From contig CALXRR010000003.1 of assembly GCA_944390905.1 (NCBI GenBank), positions 1-56,740 on the forward strand: DNA of 56,740 nt, in the 5' to 3' direction. Shown here in pieces: positions 9,595-20,240 of the stretch. The notes under the pieces are model-generated. The model searched no databases, was not told the DNA's origin, and was given only the letters and a program-made list of their open reading frames with translations. The first letter of the stretch is position 1; each line of letters opens with the position of its first letter. This DNA is from an uncultured Alphaproteobacteria bacterium. GTDB taxonomy: Bacteria; Pseudomonadota; Alphaproteobacteria; RF32; CAG-239. Both the position numbers and the translations under genes were made by a program.

Positions 9595-10377
9595 TTAATC
9601 TAACACCATAGTGATATATGTCATGGCAATAAATCCGGTAAACAGCGCAAACGCCGCTTGATTAGTCTTCTGAATACGATAAGTCTCCGGCAAAATTTCA
9701 TTTACAACCACAAACAACAATGTACCTCCGGCCATAGCCATCCCGAGCGGCACCAATTTGGCGCTAAATCCCATTGTCAACAAACCGATGACAGCCCCCA
9801 ACGGCTGTACCATACCGATAGCTGCTGCCGCCAAAGCCGCCTTTAAGCGAGAGCATTTAGCTGCAACTAATGAAATAGCAATGGTTAAACCTTCCGGAAT
9901 ATTATGGAAGGCTATTCCCAGCACCAAACTATCCGGATTCATAAAATCCTCTCCGCTATAAGCCACACCAACCGCCAATCCTTCAGGAATTTTATGCAAA
10001 GTAATGGCTATAATAAACAACCACGCTGTTTTTAGCGAAAATCCCAGTCCATGGCGTCCCATATTACTATGCTCATGCGGCAATACCGAGTTCAATATCC
10101 AGACAAAAGCCACACCGACAAACACAGCCGCTACATACCAAAATGCCGCCACATGAATATCCGGATCAAATTTCAAAATTTCCGCCATTGACGGCACTAA
10201 TAATGAAAAGAACGACGCCGCCAACATTACACCAGCCGCAATATTGAGCATACAGTCAATATTATCCTGTGAATATTTTTTCTTCAAAAAAATCATAAAA
10301 CCGCCGACACCGGTCACCAACCCGGCAAACAACGACGCTAAAAATCCATGAACAAAAACATCACTCAACATAAACAC
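9595..10377 (-). CDS. ZIP family metal transporter (GufA/ZupT-like)
   Basis: AAGVMLAASFFSLL, LHKIPEGLAVG, FHNIPEGL motifs; multiple TMs. Confidence 0.9.
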   Translation of the reverse strand: MFMLSDVFVHGFLASLFAGLVTGVGGFMIFLKKKYSQDNIDCMLNIAAGVMLAASFFSLLVPSMAEILKFDPDIHVAAFWYVAAVFVGVAFVWILNSVLPHEHSNMGRHGLGFSLKTAWLFIIAITLHKIPEGLAVGVAYSGEDFMNPDSLVLGIAFHNIPEGLTIAISLVAAKCSRLKAALAAAAIGMVQPLGAVIGLLTMGFSAKLVPLGMAMAGGTLLFVVVNEILPETYRIQKTNQAAFALFTGFIAMTYITMVLD

Positions 10378-10400
10378 CTCTTTTTATTTATTTTTTTTGC

Positions 10401-11315
10401 TTATACATGACTATTTTGCGATTCTAGAACCTGTACGGCACATTTCTGACCAAGGCTCACAGCTCCACGTATATTTCCATCTTGCATATATCTAAACAAA
10501 AAACCTCCGGCAAAAGCATCTCCTGCTCCGGTTGTTGAAACTACACGTTCAACCCTTAGCGGTGCATAATGCATAATCTTACCTTTATAGCAAGTTTCTA
10601 CACCGTTTCCTCCCATGGTTTTAACCGCCAACTTAATCTTACGGCAACCACCCAAAGCCTCAAACTCGGCCTCATTACCAAACACAATATCCACAAACGG
10701 CAATATGTTTTTAATACGCGGCTTATATTCCACCACCATTTTCGGATCCGATAAAGTAAAGGCCACTTTAGCCCCTGCAGCTACCGCTGTCTTAATGATT
10801 TTAACCACCAACGAAGCATTAACATCCAGCCAATATCCTTCAACAAACAACCAGTCACTTTCAGCCAAAGCTTTCCAATCCAACCAATTTTCGCGAAATT
10901 CTTTAGCCGCCCGCCGTTTGGCACAAATGGTCTTTTCCCCGTTTTCATCAAGCCATACAATTGAACAACCGCTTCTCTGAGCCATTGCTTGATTTAATAT
11001 GGGGCTGATACCAAATTTATGCAAATCTTCAGCAAAATAAGCGCCCAACTCGTCATCACCGATTCTACCAACGAACGCCGCCTTTCCGCCCAGTTTGGCA
11101 AACGCCTTAAGCGAGTTAGCCACCGACCCTCCGCACGAGCGTTTGATTATCCTGCCTTTAGCCAACTCCTGCTCCATCGCCTCAAATTCTTCTTCCGATG
11201 TATGAAAGAAACCACCCTTATTTTGCTTTATTTCAGCATAAAAAGGCTGGTCAGGCATAACTTCGGCCGCAAAATCAACTAAAGCGTTTCCCATTCCGAG
11301 CAAAACTGCAGACAT
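10401..11315 (-). CDS. PfkB family carbohydrate/adenosine kinase
   Basis: GNALVD, GGSVAN, TTGAGDAFAGG. Confidence 0.9.
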   Translation of the reverse strand: MSAVLLGMGNALVDFAAEVMPDQPFYAEIKQNKGGFFHTSEEEFEAMEQELAKGRIIKRSCGGSVANSLKAFAKLGGKAAFVGRIGDDELGAYFAEDLHKFGISPILNQAMAQRSGCSIVWLDENGEKTICAKRRAAKEFRENWLDWKALAESDWLFVEGYWLDVNASLVVKIIKTAVAAGAKVAFTLSDPKMVVEYKPRIKNILPFVDIVFGNEAEFEALGGCRKIKLAVKTMGGNGVETCYKGKIMHYAPLRVERVVSTTGAGDAFAGGFLFRYMQDGNIRGAVSLGQKCAVQVLESQNSHV

Positions 11316-11320
11316 CTGTC

Positions 11321-12778
11321 TTACCCCAGCTTATCCTTCAGCATTTGGTTTACAATTACCGGATTAGCTTTGCCCTTGCTGGCTTTCATCACCTGCCCGA
11401 CAAACCAACCAAACAAACCTTGCTTGCCGCCCTTGTAAGCCGCAACATTTTCCGGAGCCGAGGCTAAGACTTCATCAATCACCGCCTCAATTGCTGAAGT
11501 ATCCGTAACCTGCTTAAGTCCTTTTTCTTCTACAATTTTCTCCGGATTCTCGCCGGTTTCTGCCATAATGGCAAACACATCTTTGGCGGTCTTTCCGTTA
11601 ATCACGTTTTGCGATACCAGCTCGACCAAGCGACCGAGGTTTTCGGCAGATACCGGAGAATCTTTCAGCTCCAGTTTCTTTTCATTCAGCATAGCAAAAA
11701 AGTCACCCATCAACCAGTTGGCCACCTTTTTGGCATCATGCTCGGCGGCTGCCTTTTCAAAGAAAGCCGCTGTTTCTTTGTTTTCACAAATCACAATTGC
11801 ATCATAAGGGGTTAGCCCCATTTCTTTCACAAAACGTTCTTTCTTTTCATCGGGGAGCTCCGGAATTTCATCTTTCACACTCTGAATATACTCATCGCTC
11901 AACACCAACGGTGCCAAATCCGGCTCCGGAAAATACCGATAATCATCCGAGAACTCTTTCAAGCGCAAGAACTTTGTGCCACCGGTAGATGGATCAAAAT
12001 GCCTTGTCTGCTGGGGCATTGTCTCGCCAGCTTCATATAACTCAACCTGACGCTTCGCCTCAGATTCGATTGCCTGCATCACAAATTTAACCGAGTTCAC
12101 GTTTTTAACCTCGGCACGAGCCCTCAGTTCCGAGCTACCTAACGGGCGCACCGAAATACTGGCATCACAGCGCATTGAACCTTCATCCATATTTCCGTTA
12201 CAAGTCCCCAAATAGCGCAAAATCGAGCGCAACTTTTTCAAGAACGCACCGGCCTCTTCCGGAGCTCTGAAATCAGGTTTGGTTACAATTTCCATCAACC
12301 CGACACCGGCACGGTTCAGGTCAATAAAGCTCTTTTTCGGGTCAATATCGTGGATTGACTTTCCGGCATCTTGCTCAATATGCATTCTTTCAATACCGAT
12401 AGATTTTTCGCTGCCGTCAGCCAAATCGATTAACACCTCGCCCTCACCTACAATCGGATAAGCAAACTGCGTAATCTGGTAGCCCTGCGGCAAATCGGCA
12501 TAAAAATAGTTCTTGCGAGCAAAATTAGAATATTTATTGATTTTGGCCCGCAGACCAATACCGGTCTTTACCGCCTGATGCACACATTCTTTATTCAGCG
12601 TCGGCAGCATCCCGGGCATTCCGGCATCAACAAAAGACACATGTTCATTCGGATCAGCACCAAACTCGGTTGATGCCCCGCTATAAATTTTTGACTTGGA
12701 AATAATCTGACAATGAATTTCCAACCCGCATACAACTTCCCATTTTTCTTTAGGAGTTTCAATTACATATTCTGCCAT
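11321..12778 (-). CDS. gatB: Asp/Glu-tRNA amidotransferase subunit B
   Basis: GLEIH, RKNYFYADLPQGYQITQ, EQDAGKS, YRYFPEPDL. Confidence 0.97.
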   Translation of the reverse strand: MAEYVIETPKEKWEVVCGLEIHCQIISKSKIYSGASTEFGADPNEHVSFVDAGMPGMLPTLNKECVHQAVKTGIGLRAKINKYSNFARKNYFYADLPQGYQITQFAYPIVGEGEVLIDLADGSEKSIGIERMHIEQDAGKSIHDIDPKKSFIDLNRAGVGLMEIVTKPDFRAPEEAGAFLKKLRSILRYLGTCNGNMDEGSMRCDASISVRPLGSSELRARAEVKNVNSVKFVMQAIESEAKRQVELYEAGETMPQQTRHFDPSTGGTKFLRLKEFSDDYRYFPEPDLAPLVLSDEYIQSVKDEIPELPDEKKERFVKEMGLTPYDAIVICENKETAAFFEKAAAEHDAKKVANWLMGDFFAMLNEKKLELKDSPVSAENLGRLVELVSQNVINGKTAKDVFAIMAETGENPEKIVEEKGLKQVTDTSAIEAVIDEVLASAPENVAAYKGGKQGLFGWFVGQVMKASKGKANPVIVNQMLKDKLG

Positions 12779-12783
12779 TTCTT

Positions 12784-14247
12784 TTACTTCCGCACAAAAT
12801 TAATATCTTTTTCCAAGGCATAAGCCGTCTTCAAAATCGTGTTTTCATCAAAAGCTTTGCCGATTAACTGCAACCCCAAAGGCAAGCCTCGAGCAGACAA
12901 CCCCGCCGGCAGGCTAATCGCCGGCAAACCGGCCAAGTTGACCGATACGGTAAACACATCATTCAACCACATATTAATCGGATTTTCCGCCATTGATTTA
13001 TCCCCAATGGCAAAAGCATCAGTCGGCGATGTCGGAGTCAAAATCACGTCACATTTTTTGAATGCCTCAATAAAATCGTTACGAATCAATCGTCTAACCT
13101 TTTGCGCCTTCAAATAATAAGCGTCATAATATCCGGCCGACAACACATAAGTACCAATCATAATGCGGCGTTTAACTTCTTGGCCAAAACCTTCGGTGCG
13201 AGTATTGATGTATAATTCATCCAAAGAGTTCCCCGGAACTCGCAATCCATAACGAATACCATCATAGCGCGCCAAATTAGCTGATGCCTCAGCCGGAGCA
13301 ATAATATAATAAGTAGCCAAAGCATATTGAGTATGCGGCAACGAAATATCCACTATTTCTGCACCGCGAGCTTTGAGCATTTCCAAACCTTTGTCCCAGC
13401 AGGCTGCCACTTCGGCATTTAAGCCCGCGGGGCGATATTCCGCCGGCACACCGACTTTCAGCCCTTTAATATCTTGTCCCAATGCTGACATAAAATCAGG
13501 CACTTCCAAGTTAGCCGAGGTTGAATCTTTAGCATCAAAGCCAGCCATCGATTTCAACAACAAAGCACAGTCGCTGACATCTTTTGCAATCGGTCCTGCT
13601 TGGTCAAGCGAAGATGCAAAAGCAATAATTCCATAGCGCGAACAACGCCCATAAGTCGGCTTCAAACCGGTTACACCGCAAAAAGCCGCCGGCTGTCGAA
13701 TAGACCCACCGGTATCGGTACCGGTAGCCGCGGCGCACATTCCGGCAGCAACTGCCGCAGCAGAACCTCCGCTTGAACCTCCGGCCACCAAATCAGCGTC
13801 ACTGTCTTTGGCTTTCCATGGATTAATCGCCGGACCATAATAGCTGGTTTCGTTACTACCACCCATGGCAAACTCGTCCATATTCAGCTTGCCTAAAAAT
13901 ACTGCCCCGTCGCGTAACAAATTAGCCGTCACGCTGGATTCATATTGCGGGACAAATCCATCCAAAATATGCGAGCAAGCCGTGGTTTTAATCCCCTTGG
14001 TGCAAAACAAATCTTTAATTCCGAGCGGGATTCCTTCCAAAGCTCCGGCCTCTCCGGCAGCATATTTGGCATCTGATGCTTTAGCTTGTTCCAAGGCCTT
14101 GTCGGCACACTCTTCCACATAAGCGTTCAAATTTCGCTTATCCTGCATTTCTTTAATATAAGCCTGCGTCAGTTCGGTGGCTGAAATTTCTTTTTTATCC
14201 AGGGCTTTTTTAGCCTCAACAATCGTTAATTTAACTAAATCTGACAT
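12784..14247 (-). CDS. gatA: Asp/Glu-tRNA amidotransferase subunit A
   Basis: Amidase signature [32 protein letters not shown]. Confidence 0.97.
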   Translation of the reverse strand: MSDLVKLTIVEAKKALDKKEISATELTQAYIKEMQDKRNLNAYVEECADKALEQAKASDAKYAAGEAGALEGIPLGIKDLFCTKGIKTTACSHILDGFVPQYESSVTANLLRDGAVFLGKLNMDEFAMGGSNETSYYGPAINPWKAKDSDADLVAGGSSGGSAAAVAAGMCAAATGTDTGGSIRQPAAFCGVTGLKPTYGRCSRYGIIAFASSLDQAGPIAKDVSDCALLLKSMAGFDAKDSTSANLEVPDFMSALGQDIKGLKVGVPAEYRPAGLNAEVAACWDKGLEMLKARGAEIVDISLPHTQYALATYYIIAPAEASANLARYDGIRYGLRVPGNSLDELYINTRTEGFGQEVKRRIMIGTYVLSAGYYDAYYLKAQKVRRLIRNDFIEAFKKCDVILTPTSPTDAFAIGDKSMAENPINMWLNDVFTVSVNLAGLPAISLPAGLSARGLPLGLQLIGKAFDENTILKTAYALEKDINFVRK

Positions 14248-14260
14248 TGTTCTTCCTCAC

Positions 14261-14548
14261 TTACTCAACCACTTTCGGTACTACAAAATAACCATATTCG
14301 GCATCCGGAGCATTAGCCAGCACGGCATCACGTTGGTTTCCATCATTGACCACATCTTCACGCAATCTTAAGGCTTCCTCATTTACCGATTCCAATGGCT
14401 CCACATTTGAGGTATCCACATCTTTCAGCTGCTCAATCCACTTCAGAATATTATTAAATTCCTTTTGCGTATCAGCAATTTTATCATCACTTACCCGCAA
14501 ACGGGAAAGAAACGCAATTTTTTTCACTGTATCTGTATCTATTGCCAT
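14261..14548 (-). CDS. gatC: Asp/Glu-tRNA amidotransferase subunit C
   Basis: KIAFLSRL...LREDVV...NAP...YFVVPKVVE; upstream of gatA. Confidence 0.95.
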   Translation of the reverse strand: MAIDTDTVKKIAFLSRLRVSDDKIADTQKEFNNILKWIEQLKDVDTSNVEPLESVNEEALRLREDVVNDGNQRDAVLANAPDAEYGYFVVPKVVE

Positions 14549-14565
14549 ATTATCCTCGTTTTCTC

Positions 14566-16380
14566 TTAATATCTGATAGTAAACGGCAGCAACACCGTTT
14601 CATATTTCAAACTGCACAAAATTTTAATACTTTCATCATCCAAACCCAAGCCTTTAGCCACCTTATTCACAGAAATATTGGCACTTCCGCCCAACAACTG
14701 CTCAAACTGCTGCTGCCAAGACAAGGGCTGTGGATAATATACAGTCATTAAATTTTCATCTTTCAAGCCGGATTCATTTTTAGCATATTGAATAGCCTTG
14801 TCAAGCCCGCCGATTTCATCAGCCAACCCGTTTTCAACCGCCTGACTTCCGAGCCATACGCGTCCCCTAAACAAGCTATCGGCTTTTTTCAAATCTAAGC
14901 TGCGCGCTTTAATCACTTTAGCGGTAAAATCTCTGTATATTCTATCCAAAGACTTTTCAAAAGCCGCTTTTTCCGATTTATTAAAACCGGTATTGGAGCT
15001 CAATAAAGAAGCATTATCGCCCCATTGCAAACTCTCCCAATTAACATCAAGCTTGCGCCACAAATCTTTCAAAACAAACTTTCCGCCCAAAACTCCGACC
15101 GAACCTGTAATCGTCAACGGCTCAGCAAAAATTCTGTCTCCGGCAATAGCCAAGAAATACCCGCCTGACGCCGCATAGTTGCCCATTGACACCACCACCG
15201 ACAGCTTAGTATCCGCCTTAAAGCTCTCCAACTCATGCCAAATTTCATGAGAAGCCACATAACTTCCTCCCGGAGAATTAATCCTCAACACCAAAGCCTT
15301 AACCTCAGTATCTGCGGCAATACTATCCAGTTCATCTCTGACATTTTGGGCATTAATCGCCACCTCTCCGTCCCAAGAAGATGCACCTCCGCTCTCTTCC
15401 GTAATCATTCCTTCCAGAGTTAATACCGCTATTTTGCCTTTAGCTTTTGCTCCATCCTGCAAAGTAGCATAGTCTTTTACATCAACACTCTCGGCAGCAT
15501 ATCTGGCTTTAAGCATCTCTTCAAAATCTTTGAGATACTCAATCTCATCAATCCAGCCCTCTTTAAGACCTTCCTCCGCCGACAAAGGAGCCTGATTAAC
15601 CATTTTTATCACCTTTTGAGCCGACATTTTGCGTTCATCAGCAATCCCTTTAACTATATCATCAAACACACTTTGCCCAATTTTTCTCATTTCTTCTTTA
15701 AAAGGCTTGCTAAACTTTCCTTCCGTCAACGAAGCCATGGCTGTTTTGTATTCATAACGAGTATAGAATTCTGGCTTAACTCCGATTTTATCCAATAATT
15801 TTTTGAAAAAAGGCACTTCTAGAGCCACACCGGTAGCCCCGATTTCCGTATTAGGCATCATCACAATTTTGTCACCGGCCGTTGCCAAATAATACGCGGC
15901 AGTACCTCCGCCTACACTGCCGAAACCATTAGAATACACATAAGCAACTTTGCCCTTTTTACGAAAATCTTTTACGGCATCTCTCAATTCTTGAATTTGA
16001 GCCAACCCCATTTGCGGAGAGCTGATTGTAAGAACCAAAGCCTGTACTCGCTCATCATCAGCCGCTTTATTCACCGCACTTATCAAATCCGCAAAAGCAA
16101 TACCCTTTTCTCCAGACAATTCAGCCCACAAATCGCCATTGTTCATTTCCGGATAAGCGGCATCACCGTCTATCACCAACACGGCTTTTCCCGGCATTTC
16201 AAAAGACGAATAAATATCTTGCCGCATAGTAGATAGCACGGCCAACACAACCAGCACAAACAACCCGCCGATAATAGCCAAAGCCCACACCCAAGCTTTA
16301 AAAAACACCGACAATGCCGTCATTTTTTTAGATTCGACCGCAATATCCGGAAACGGAGACTCAAATTTTTTCTCAGACAT
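14566..16380 (-). CDS. sppA: Signal peptide peptidase SppA, long (67K) type
   Basis: Two S49 domains; LRINSPGGS, SMGNYAASGGY, TITGSVGV; N-terminal TM; start chosen at MSEKK. Confidence 0.9.
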   Translation of the reverse strand: MSEKKFESPFPDIAVESKKMTALSVFFKAWVWALAIIGGLFVLVVLAVLSTMRQDIYSSFEMPGKAVLVIDGDAAYPEMNNGDLWAELSGEKGIAFADLISAVNKAADDERVQALVLTISSPQMGLAQIQELRDAVKDFRKKGKVAYVYSNGFGSVGGGTAAYYLATAGDKIVMMPNTEIGATGVALEVPFFKKLLDKIGVKPEFYTRYEYKTAMASLTEGKFSKPFKEEMRKIGQSVFDDIVKGIADERKMSAQKVIKMVNQAPLSAEEGLKEGWIDEIEYLKDFEEMLKARYAAESVDVKDYATLQDGAKAKGKIAVLTLEGMITEESGGASSWDGEVAINAQNVRDELDSIAADTEVKALVLRINSPGGSYVASHEIWHELESFKADTKLSVVVSMGNYAASGGYFLAIAGDRIFAEPLTITGSVGVLGGKFVLKDLWRKLDVNWESLQWGDNASLLSSNTGFNKSEKAAFEKSLDRIYRDFTAKVIKARSLDLKKADSLFRGRVWLGSQAVENGLADEIGGLDKAIQYAKNESGLKDENLMTVYYPQPLSWQQQFEQLLGGSANISVNKVAKGLGLDDESIKILCSLKYETVLLPFTIRY

Positions 16381-16466
16381 ATATTCCACCATAAAATAAC
16401 GCTGCACAAATTCCTCTGTACAGCGTTTGACTATATAACATCTATCCTGATTTTCAAGGATTTAAT

Positions 16467-17297
16467 TTAGAAATCCATCAAAACCTGACCAGACTCATGA
16501 GCATTGTCCAAAGCCACCATACCAATAGAATGATATCCGGCATCAACATGCAATACTTCACCGGTAATAGCTGCCCCGAGCGGAGACAACAAAGCCAAAG
16601 CTGCGCGACCGACTTCTTCTTGAGTAACATTGCGTTTCAACGGAGCATTCAGCTCATTCCAACGCAATATCTTTCTGAAATCACCAATTCCCGAAGCAGC
16701 CAAAGTCTTGATAGGCCCTGCAGAAATAGCATTCACGCGTACACCTTGCTTACCCATATCAACAGCGGCATATCTTACGGCAGCATCCAAAGCAGCCTTA
16801 GCCACACCCATAATATTATAGTTAGGCAAAGTACGCTCACCACCCAAATATGTTAAAGTAACAATAGAGCCGCCTTCATTCATAATCGGGGCAGCACAAC
16901 GGCAAGCTTCCAAGAATGAATAGCAAGAAATATGCATAGAGTTCAAAAAGTTCTGCAAAGAAGTATCAATAGTACGACCTTTCAGCTCATTTTTATCAGA
17001 GAACGCGATGGCATGTACGACAAAATCAATTTTGCCCCATTTTTCACCGAGCTCTTTAAAGCAAGCTTCAACACTGGCAGAGTCGGTAACATCACATTTA
17101 ATCAGCATTGGCGGAAAGTTCAATTGCTGAGCCAAGGGCATAACTCTTTTTTCCAACGCTTCTCCCTGATAAGAGATAGCAATTTGAGCACCCTGCTCAT
17201 TCAAAGCTTGCGCAATACCCCAAGCAATAGACTTGTCATTAGCCAAGCCCATAATCAAACCTTTTTTCCCTGCCATTAACGGAGCCACATTAGTCAT
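16467..17297 (-). CDS. fabI: Enoyl-ACP reductase
   Basis: GLANDKSIAWGIA, YNIMGVAKAAL, AISAGPIKTLA. Confidence 0.96.
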   Translation of the reverse strand: MTNVAPLMAGKKGLIMGLANDKSIAWGIAQALNEQGAQIAISYQGEALEKRVMPLAQQLNFPPMLIKCDVTDSASVEACFKELGEKWGKIDFVVHAIAFSDKNELKGRTIDTSLQNFLNSMHISCYSFLEACRCAAPIMNEGGSIVTLTYLGGERTLPNYNIMGVAKAALDAAVRYAAVDMGKQGVRVNAISAGPIKTLAASGIGDFRKILRWNELNAPLKRNVTQEEVGRAALALLSPLGAAITGEVLHVDAGYHSIGMVALDNAHESGQVLMDF

Positions 17298-17410
17298 AAA
17301 ATATTCCTTTGCATAAAAAAAGTTTACATTAACATTAATTTAAAAATAGTTTTATACTCTCTATATATAATTTCCGCAGGTTTGTAAACACTTTTTTTCG
17401 AGGATATGGA

Positions 17411-18352
17411 ATGTATTGGAAAACTCAGTTATTAAAAGCTCTTAACACGATCAAAGATTTTAGTGTTTTTTTCGCACACCGAGCCAAGAATGACACAATA
17501 TTTAGGGTCGCAGCGTCATTAAGCTACACCACATTGATAGCTATTGTTCCTTTGTTTGCCATCGGCTTATCCATATTTTCAGCCTTTCCCGCGTTTGAAA
17601 ATGTCCGCGGCCAAGTCCAAGAATTAATAATCTCCAATTTAGCTCCGGCCATTGGCAAAGAAGTCAACACCTACCTCAGTGACTTTCTTCAAGCCTCTGC
17701 AGGTCTTACCACCATTGGCGTTATCAGTATTGCCGTCACCTCAATTTTAATGCTTTCCACAATTGAAAACAGCTTAAACTTCATCTTCCGAGTCTCCAAG
17801 CCTCGACGTTTCACTACCAAAATCACCTTATATTGGACAGTCATCACCTTAGGCCCCCTGCTTTTAGGTGCGGCCTTGTCCATGAGGAGCTATGTTTTTG
17901 GGCTCAATTCAGCCAATAATGCCGAGTCTCTCACTTTTGATATATATTTGAGTGCTCTTTTGCCGGTTTTATGCACCATGTTTTTACTGATTATGGTATA
18001 TGTGCTGGTTCCCAACAAAAAAGTAGGTATTATTAATGCGGCTGCGGGTAGTCTGGTTGCCGTAATTTTGTTTTCGCTGTTGCGCAAAGCCTTCAGCATG
18101 GCCATTTTGACCTCAGCCACCTACCAAACCTTGTACGGTGCTTTGGCAACGATTCCTATTTTTCTGATCTGGATGTATTTGAGCTGGTCTGTTGTAATTT
18201 TTGGTGCCGTAGTAACCGCCGCTCTTGAGGATTATCAACTCTTTGACCGCCGTTCTCTGGCCAAAGAACTCATCTTGAGCAACCCGCAAAAGCGCGATTT
18301 TCTAAAAAATCACAAGAATCGAAAAAAACTCTTGCAATCAGAACAAAAATAG
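17411..18352 (+). CDS. YihY/BrkB family inner membrane protein
   Basis: AASLSYTTLIAIVP, YGALATIPIFLIWMYLSW. Confidence 0.9.
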   Translation: MYWKTQLLKALNTIKDFSVFFAHRAKNDTIFRVAASLSYTTLIAIVPLFAIGLSIFSAFPAFENVRGQVQELIISNLAPAIGKEVNTYLSDFLQASAGLTTIGVISIAVTSILMLSTIENSLNFIFRVSKPRRFTTKITLYWTVITLGPLLLGAALSMRSYVFGLNSANNAESLTFDIYLSALLPVLCTMFLLIMVYVLVPNKKVGIINAAAGSLVAVILFSLLRKAFSMAILTSATYQTLYGALATIPIFLIWMYLSWSVVIFGAVVTAALEDYQLFDRRSLAKELILSNPQKRDFLKNHKNRKKLLQSEQK

Positions 18353-18360
18353 TACATTAT
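18332..18360 (+). promoter_or_regulatory. recA promoter with alphaproteobacterial LexA box
   Basis: TTGCAA-N17-CATTAT enclosing GAAC-N7-GTAC at 18341-18355. Confidence 0.75.
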
Positions 18361-18460
18361 CCTTTTTGTAGGATAACCCAAATCCTCTGATTGCATTTCT
18401 GTAACAGAAGATATTAAACTGCTCCAAGTTTGTAACTTTATTTAATAAGAAAGAATAACG

Positions 18461-19486
18461 ATGGAAAAAGATAAAGCATTAGACGCCGCGCTCAGCCAAA
18501 TAGAACGCGCATTTGGTAAAGGCTCTATCATGAGACTTGGCCAACAGTCCAATATTGATATTGAGGCTATTTCGACCGGTTCTTTAGGAATAGATATCGC
18601 CCTTGGTATCGGAGGTTTGCCCAAAGGCCGTATTATTGAAATTTTCGGCCCGGAAAGCTCCGGTAAAACTACACTTGCCTTGAGCGTTATCGCCCAGTCT
18701 CAAAAGAAAGGCGGCACCTGCGCCTTTATTGATGCGGAGCACGCTCTTGACCCATCTTATGCCAAAAAGATTGGTGTTGATATTGACAACCTGCTGATTT
18801 CTCAGCCAGACGCCGGCGAGCAAGCTCTTGAAATTGCAGATACTTTGGTTCGTTCTGGTGCTATTGACGTTTTGGTAGTCGACTCGGTAGCCGCCCTCGT
18901 CCCTAAGGCTGAGCTCGAAGGTGAAATGGGCGATTCTCACATGGGCTTGCAAGCCCGCTTGATGAGCCAAGCCTTAAGAAAGCTCACTTCCACCGTTTCT
19001 CGCTCCAATACCTTGATTATCTTCATCAACCAAATCCGTATGAAGATTGGGGTTATGTTTGGCAATCCGGAAACCACCACCGGCGGTAACGCCCTCAAGT
19101 TCTATGCCTCAGTTCGTATGGACATCCGCCGCACCGGCTCTATTAAAGATAAAGAAGACGTCATCGGCAGCCAAACCCGCGTCAAAATCGTTAAAAACAA
19201 AGTTGCTCCTCCGTTCAAAGTTGTTGACTTTGACATTATGTATGGTGAAGGCATCTCCAAGACCGGTGAGCTTATTGACCTTGGCGTCAAAGCCGGATTC
19301 ATTGAAAAAGCCGGTGCTTGGTTCTCTTATAACGGGGAGAAAATTGGTCAAGGCCGTGAAAACGCCAAAATTTTCTTGAGAGAACATCCTGAAGTTGCCG
19401 ATGAGATTGAACGCAAGATTCGTGCTGACGCCGGTCACTTAACGACCGAGATGATTGGCGACGATGAACCCTCATCGGAAGAATAA
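18461..19486 (+). CDS. recA: Recombinase A
   Basis: [32 protein letters not shown]. Confidence 0.99.
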   Translation: MEKDKALDAALSQIERAFGKGSIMRLGQQSNIDIEAISTGSLGIDIALGIGGLPKGRIIEIFGPESSGKTTLALSVIAQSQKKGGTCAFIDAEHALDPSYAKKIGVDIDNLLISQPDAGEQALEIADTLVRSGAIDVLVVDSVAALVPKAELEGEMGDSHMGLQARLMSQALRKLTSTVSRSNTLIIFINQIRMKIGVMFGNPETTTGGNALKFYASVRMDIRRTGSIKDKEDVIGSQTRVKIVKNKVAPPFKVVDFDIMYGEGISKTGELIDLGVKAGFIEKAGAWFSYNGEKIGQGRENAKIFLREHPEVADEIERKIRADAGHLTTEMIGDDEPSSEE

Positions 19487-19502
19487 CCTCCAACTCCTAA
19501 TC

Positions 19503-19534
19503 AAAAAGGTTCCGGCTTTCACTCCGGAACCTTT
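19503..19534. terminator. Bidirectional terminator between recA and the Cys-rich gene
   Basis: AAAGGTTCCGG...CCGGAACCTTT. Confidence 0.8.
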
Positions 19535-19545
19535 GGGGACTAAAA

Positions 19546-20124
19546 CTAAGGCAATCCCCATTCTTGACACGATCTACATAACGAACGACAGTCAATAGAA
19601 TCGCATGTATCTGCCCTTATAGAACCTACAACTGTAAATTCACCAGCCATACCTCCACGATCACACGTGCACTGACACTCCATCGCAAACCCACCGTCTG
19701 GGGTTAATGAGCAAACACTTCTTTGAGAACAGCTTTTAGAATAATAGGACCATTTAAGACATACTTTTTTGACACAAGCTCCATCTTTCCAGCCATAACC
19801 TTCCGCACAATTACAATAAGTATATTTTCCATTACACTCTGAACCTGATCCTCCCGCATAACCTGTGCCGGTACAATCATACTTAAAACCTAACTTATCA
19901 CAAGCTAACTCCATGCATTCATTTTCGGTATAAGTATCATCGCTGCTACCACAAAACCACTTATTGCCAAAGGGACACTTGACACCATTTCCATTTGGAC
20001 AAGATGTTTCGGTGTAGCCCAGCGCCGTGCAGTCCTGCGTAGTCACACATTGCGACATTCCTTGATTCGCATAAAGGAAAGCGATGCCTGCCGTTACACT
20101 TGATAATAAATATTTCTTATTCAT
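19546..20124 (-). CDS. Secreted Cys-rich protein (CxxLGY...KCPF module, one Cys/Gly repeat, unique C-terminus)
   Basis: Signal peptide; GAGGAG RBS before ATG 20124; modules shared with the 20501-22417 protein. Confidence 0.8.
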   Translation of the reverse strand: MNKKYLLSSVTAGIAFLYANQGMSQCVTTQDCTALGYTETSCPNGNGVKCPFGNKWFCGSSDDTYTENECMELACDKLGFKYDCTGTGYAGGSGSECNGKYTYCNCAEGYGWKDGACVKKVCLKWSYYSKSCSQRSVCSLTPDGGFAMECQCTCDRGGMAGEFTVVGSIRADTCDSIDCRSLCRSCQEWGLP

Positions 20125-20240
20125 CTCATTTCTCCTCAAGCAGGGGCAGCTTGACCCCCTAATTTAGTTGTTACTACTTTCTTTTTTTAATTATTCGCGA
20201 TGCTTACATCCTTGCTCTTGTTAGACAGAGGCTCCTTTAG

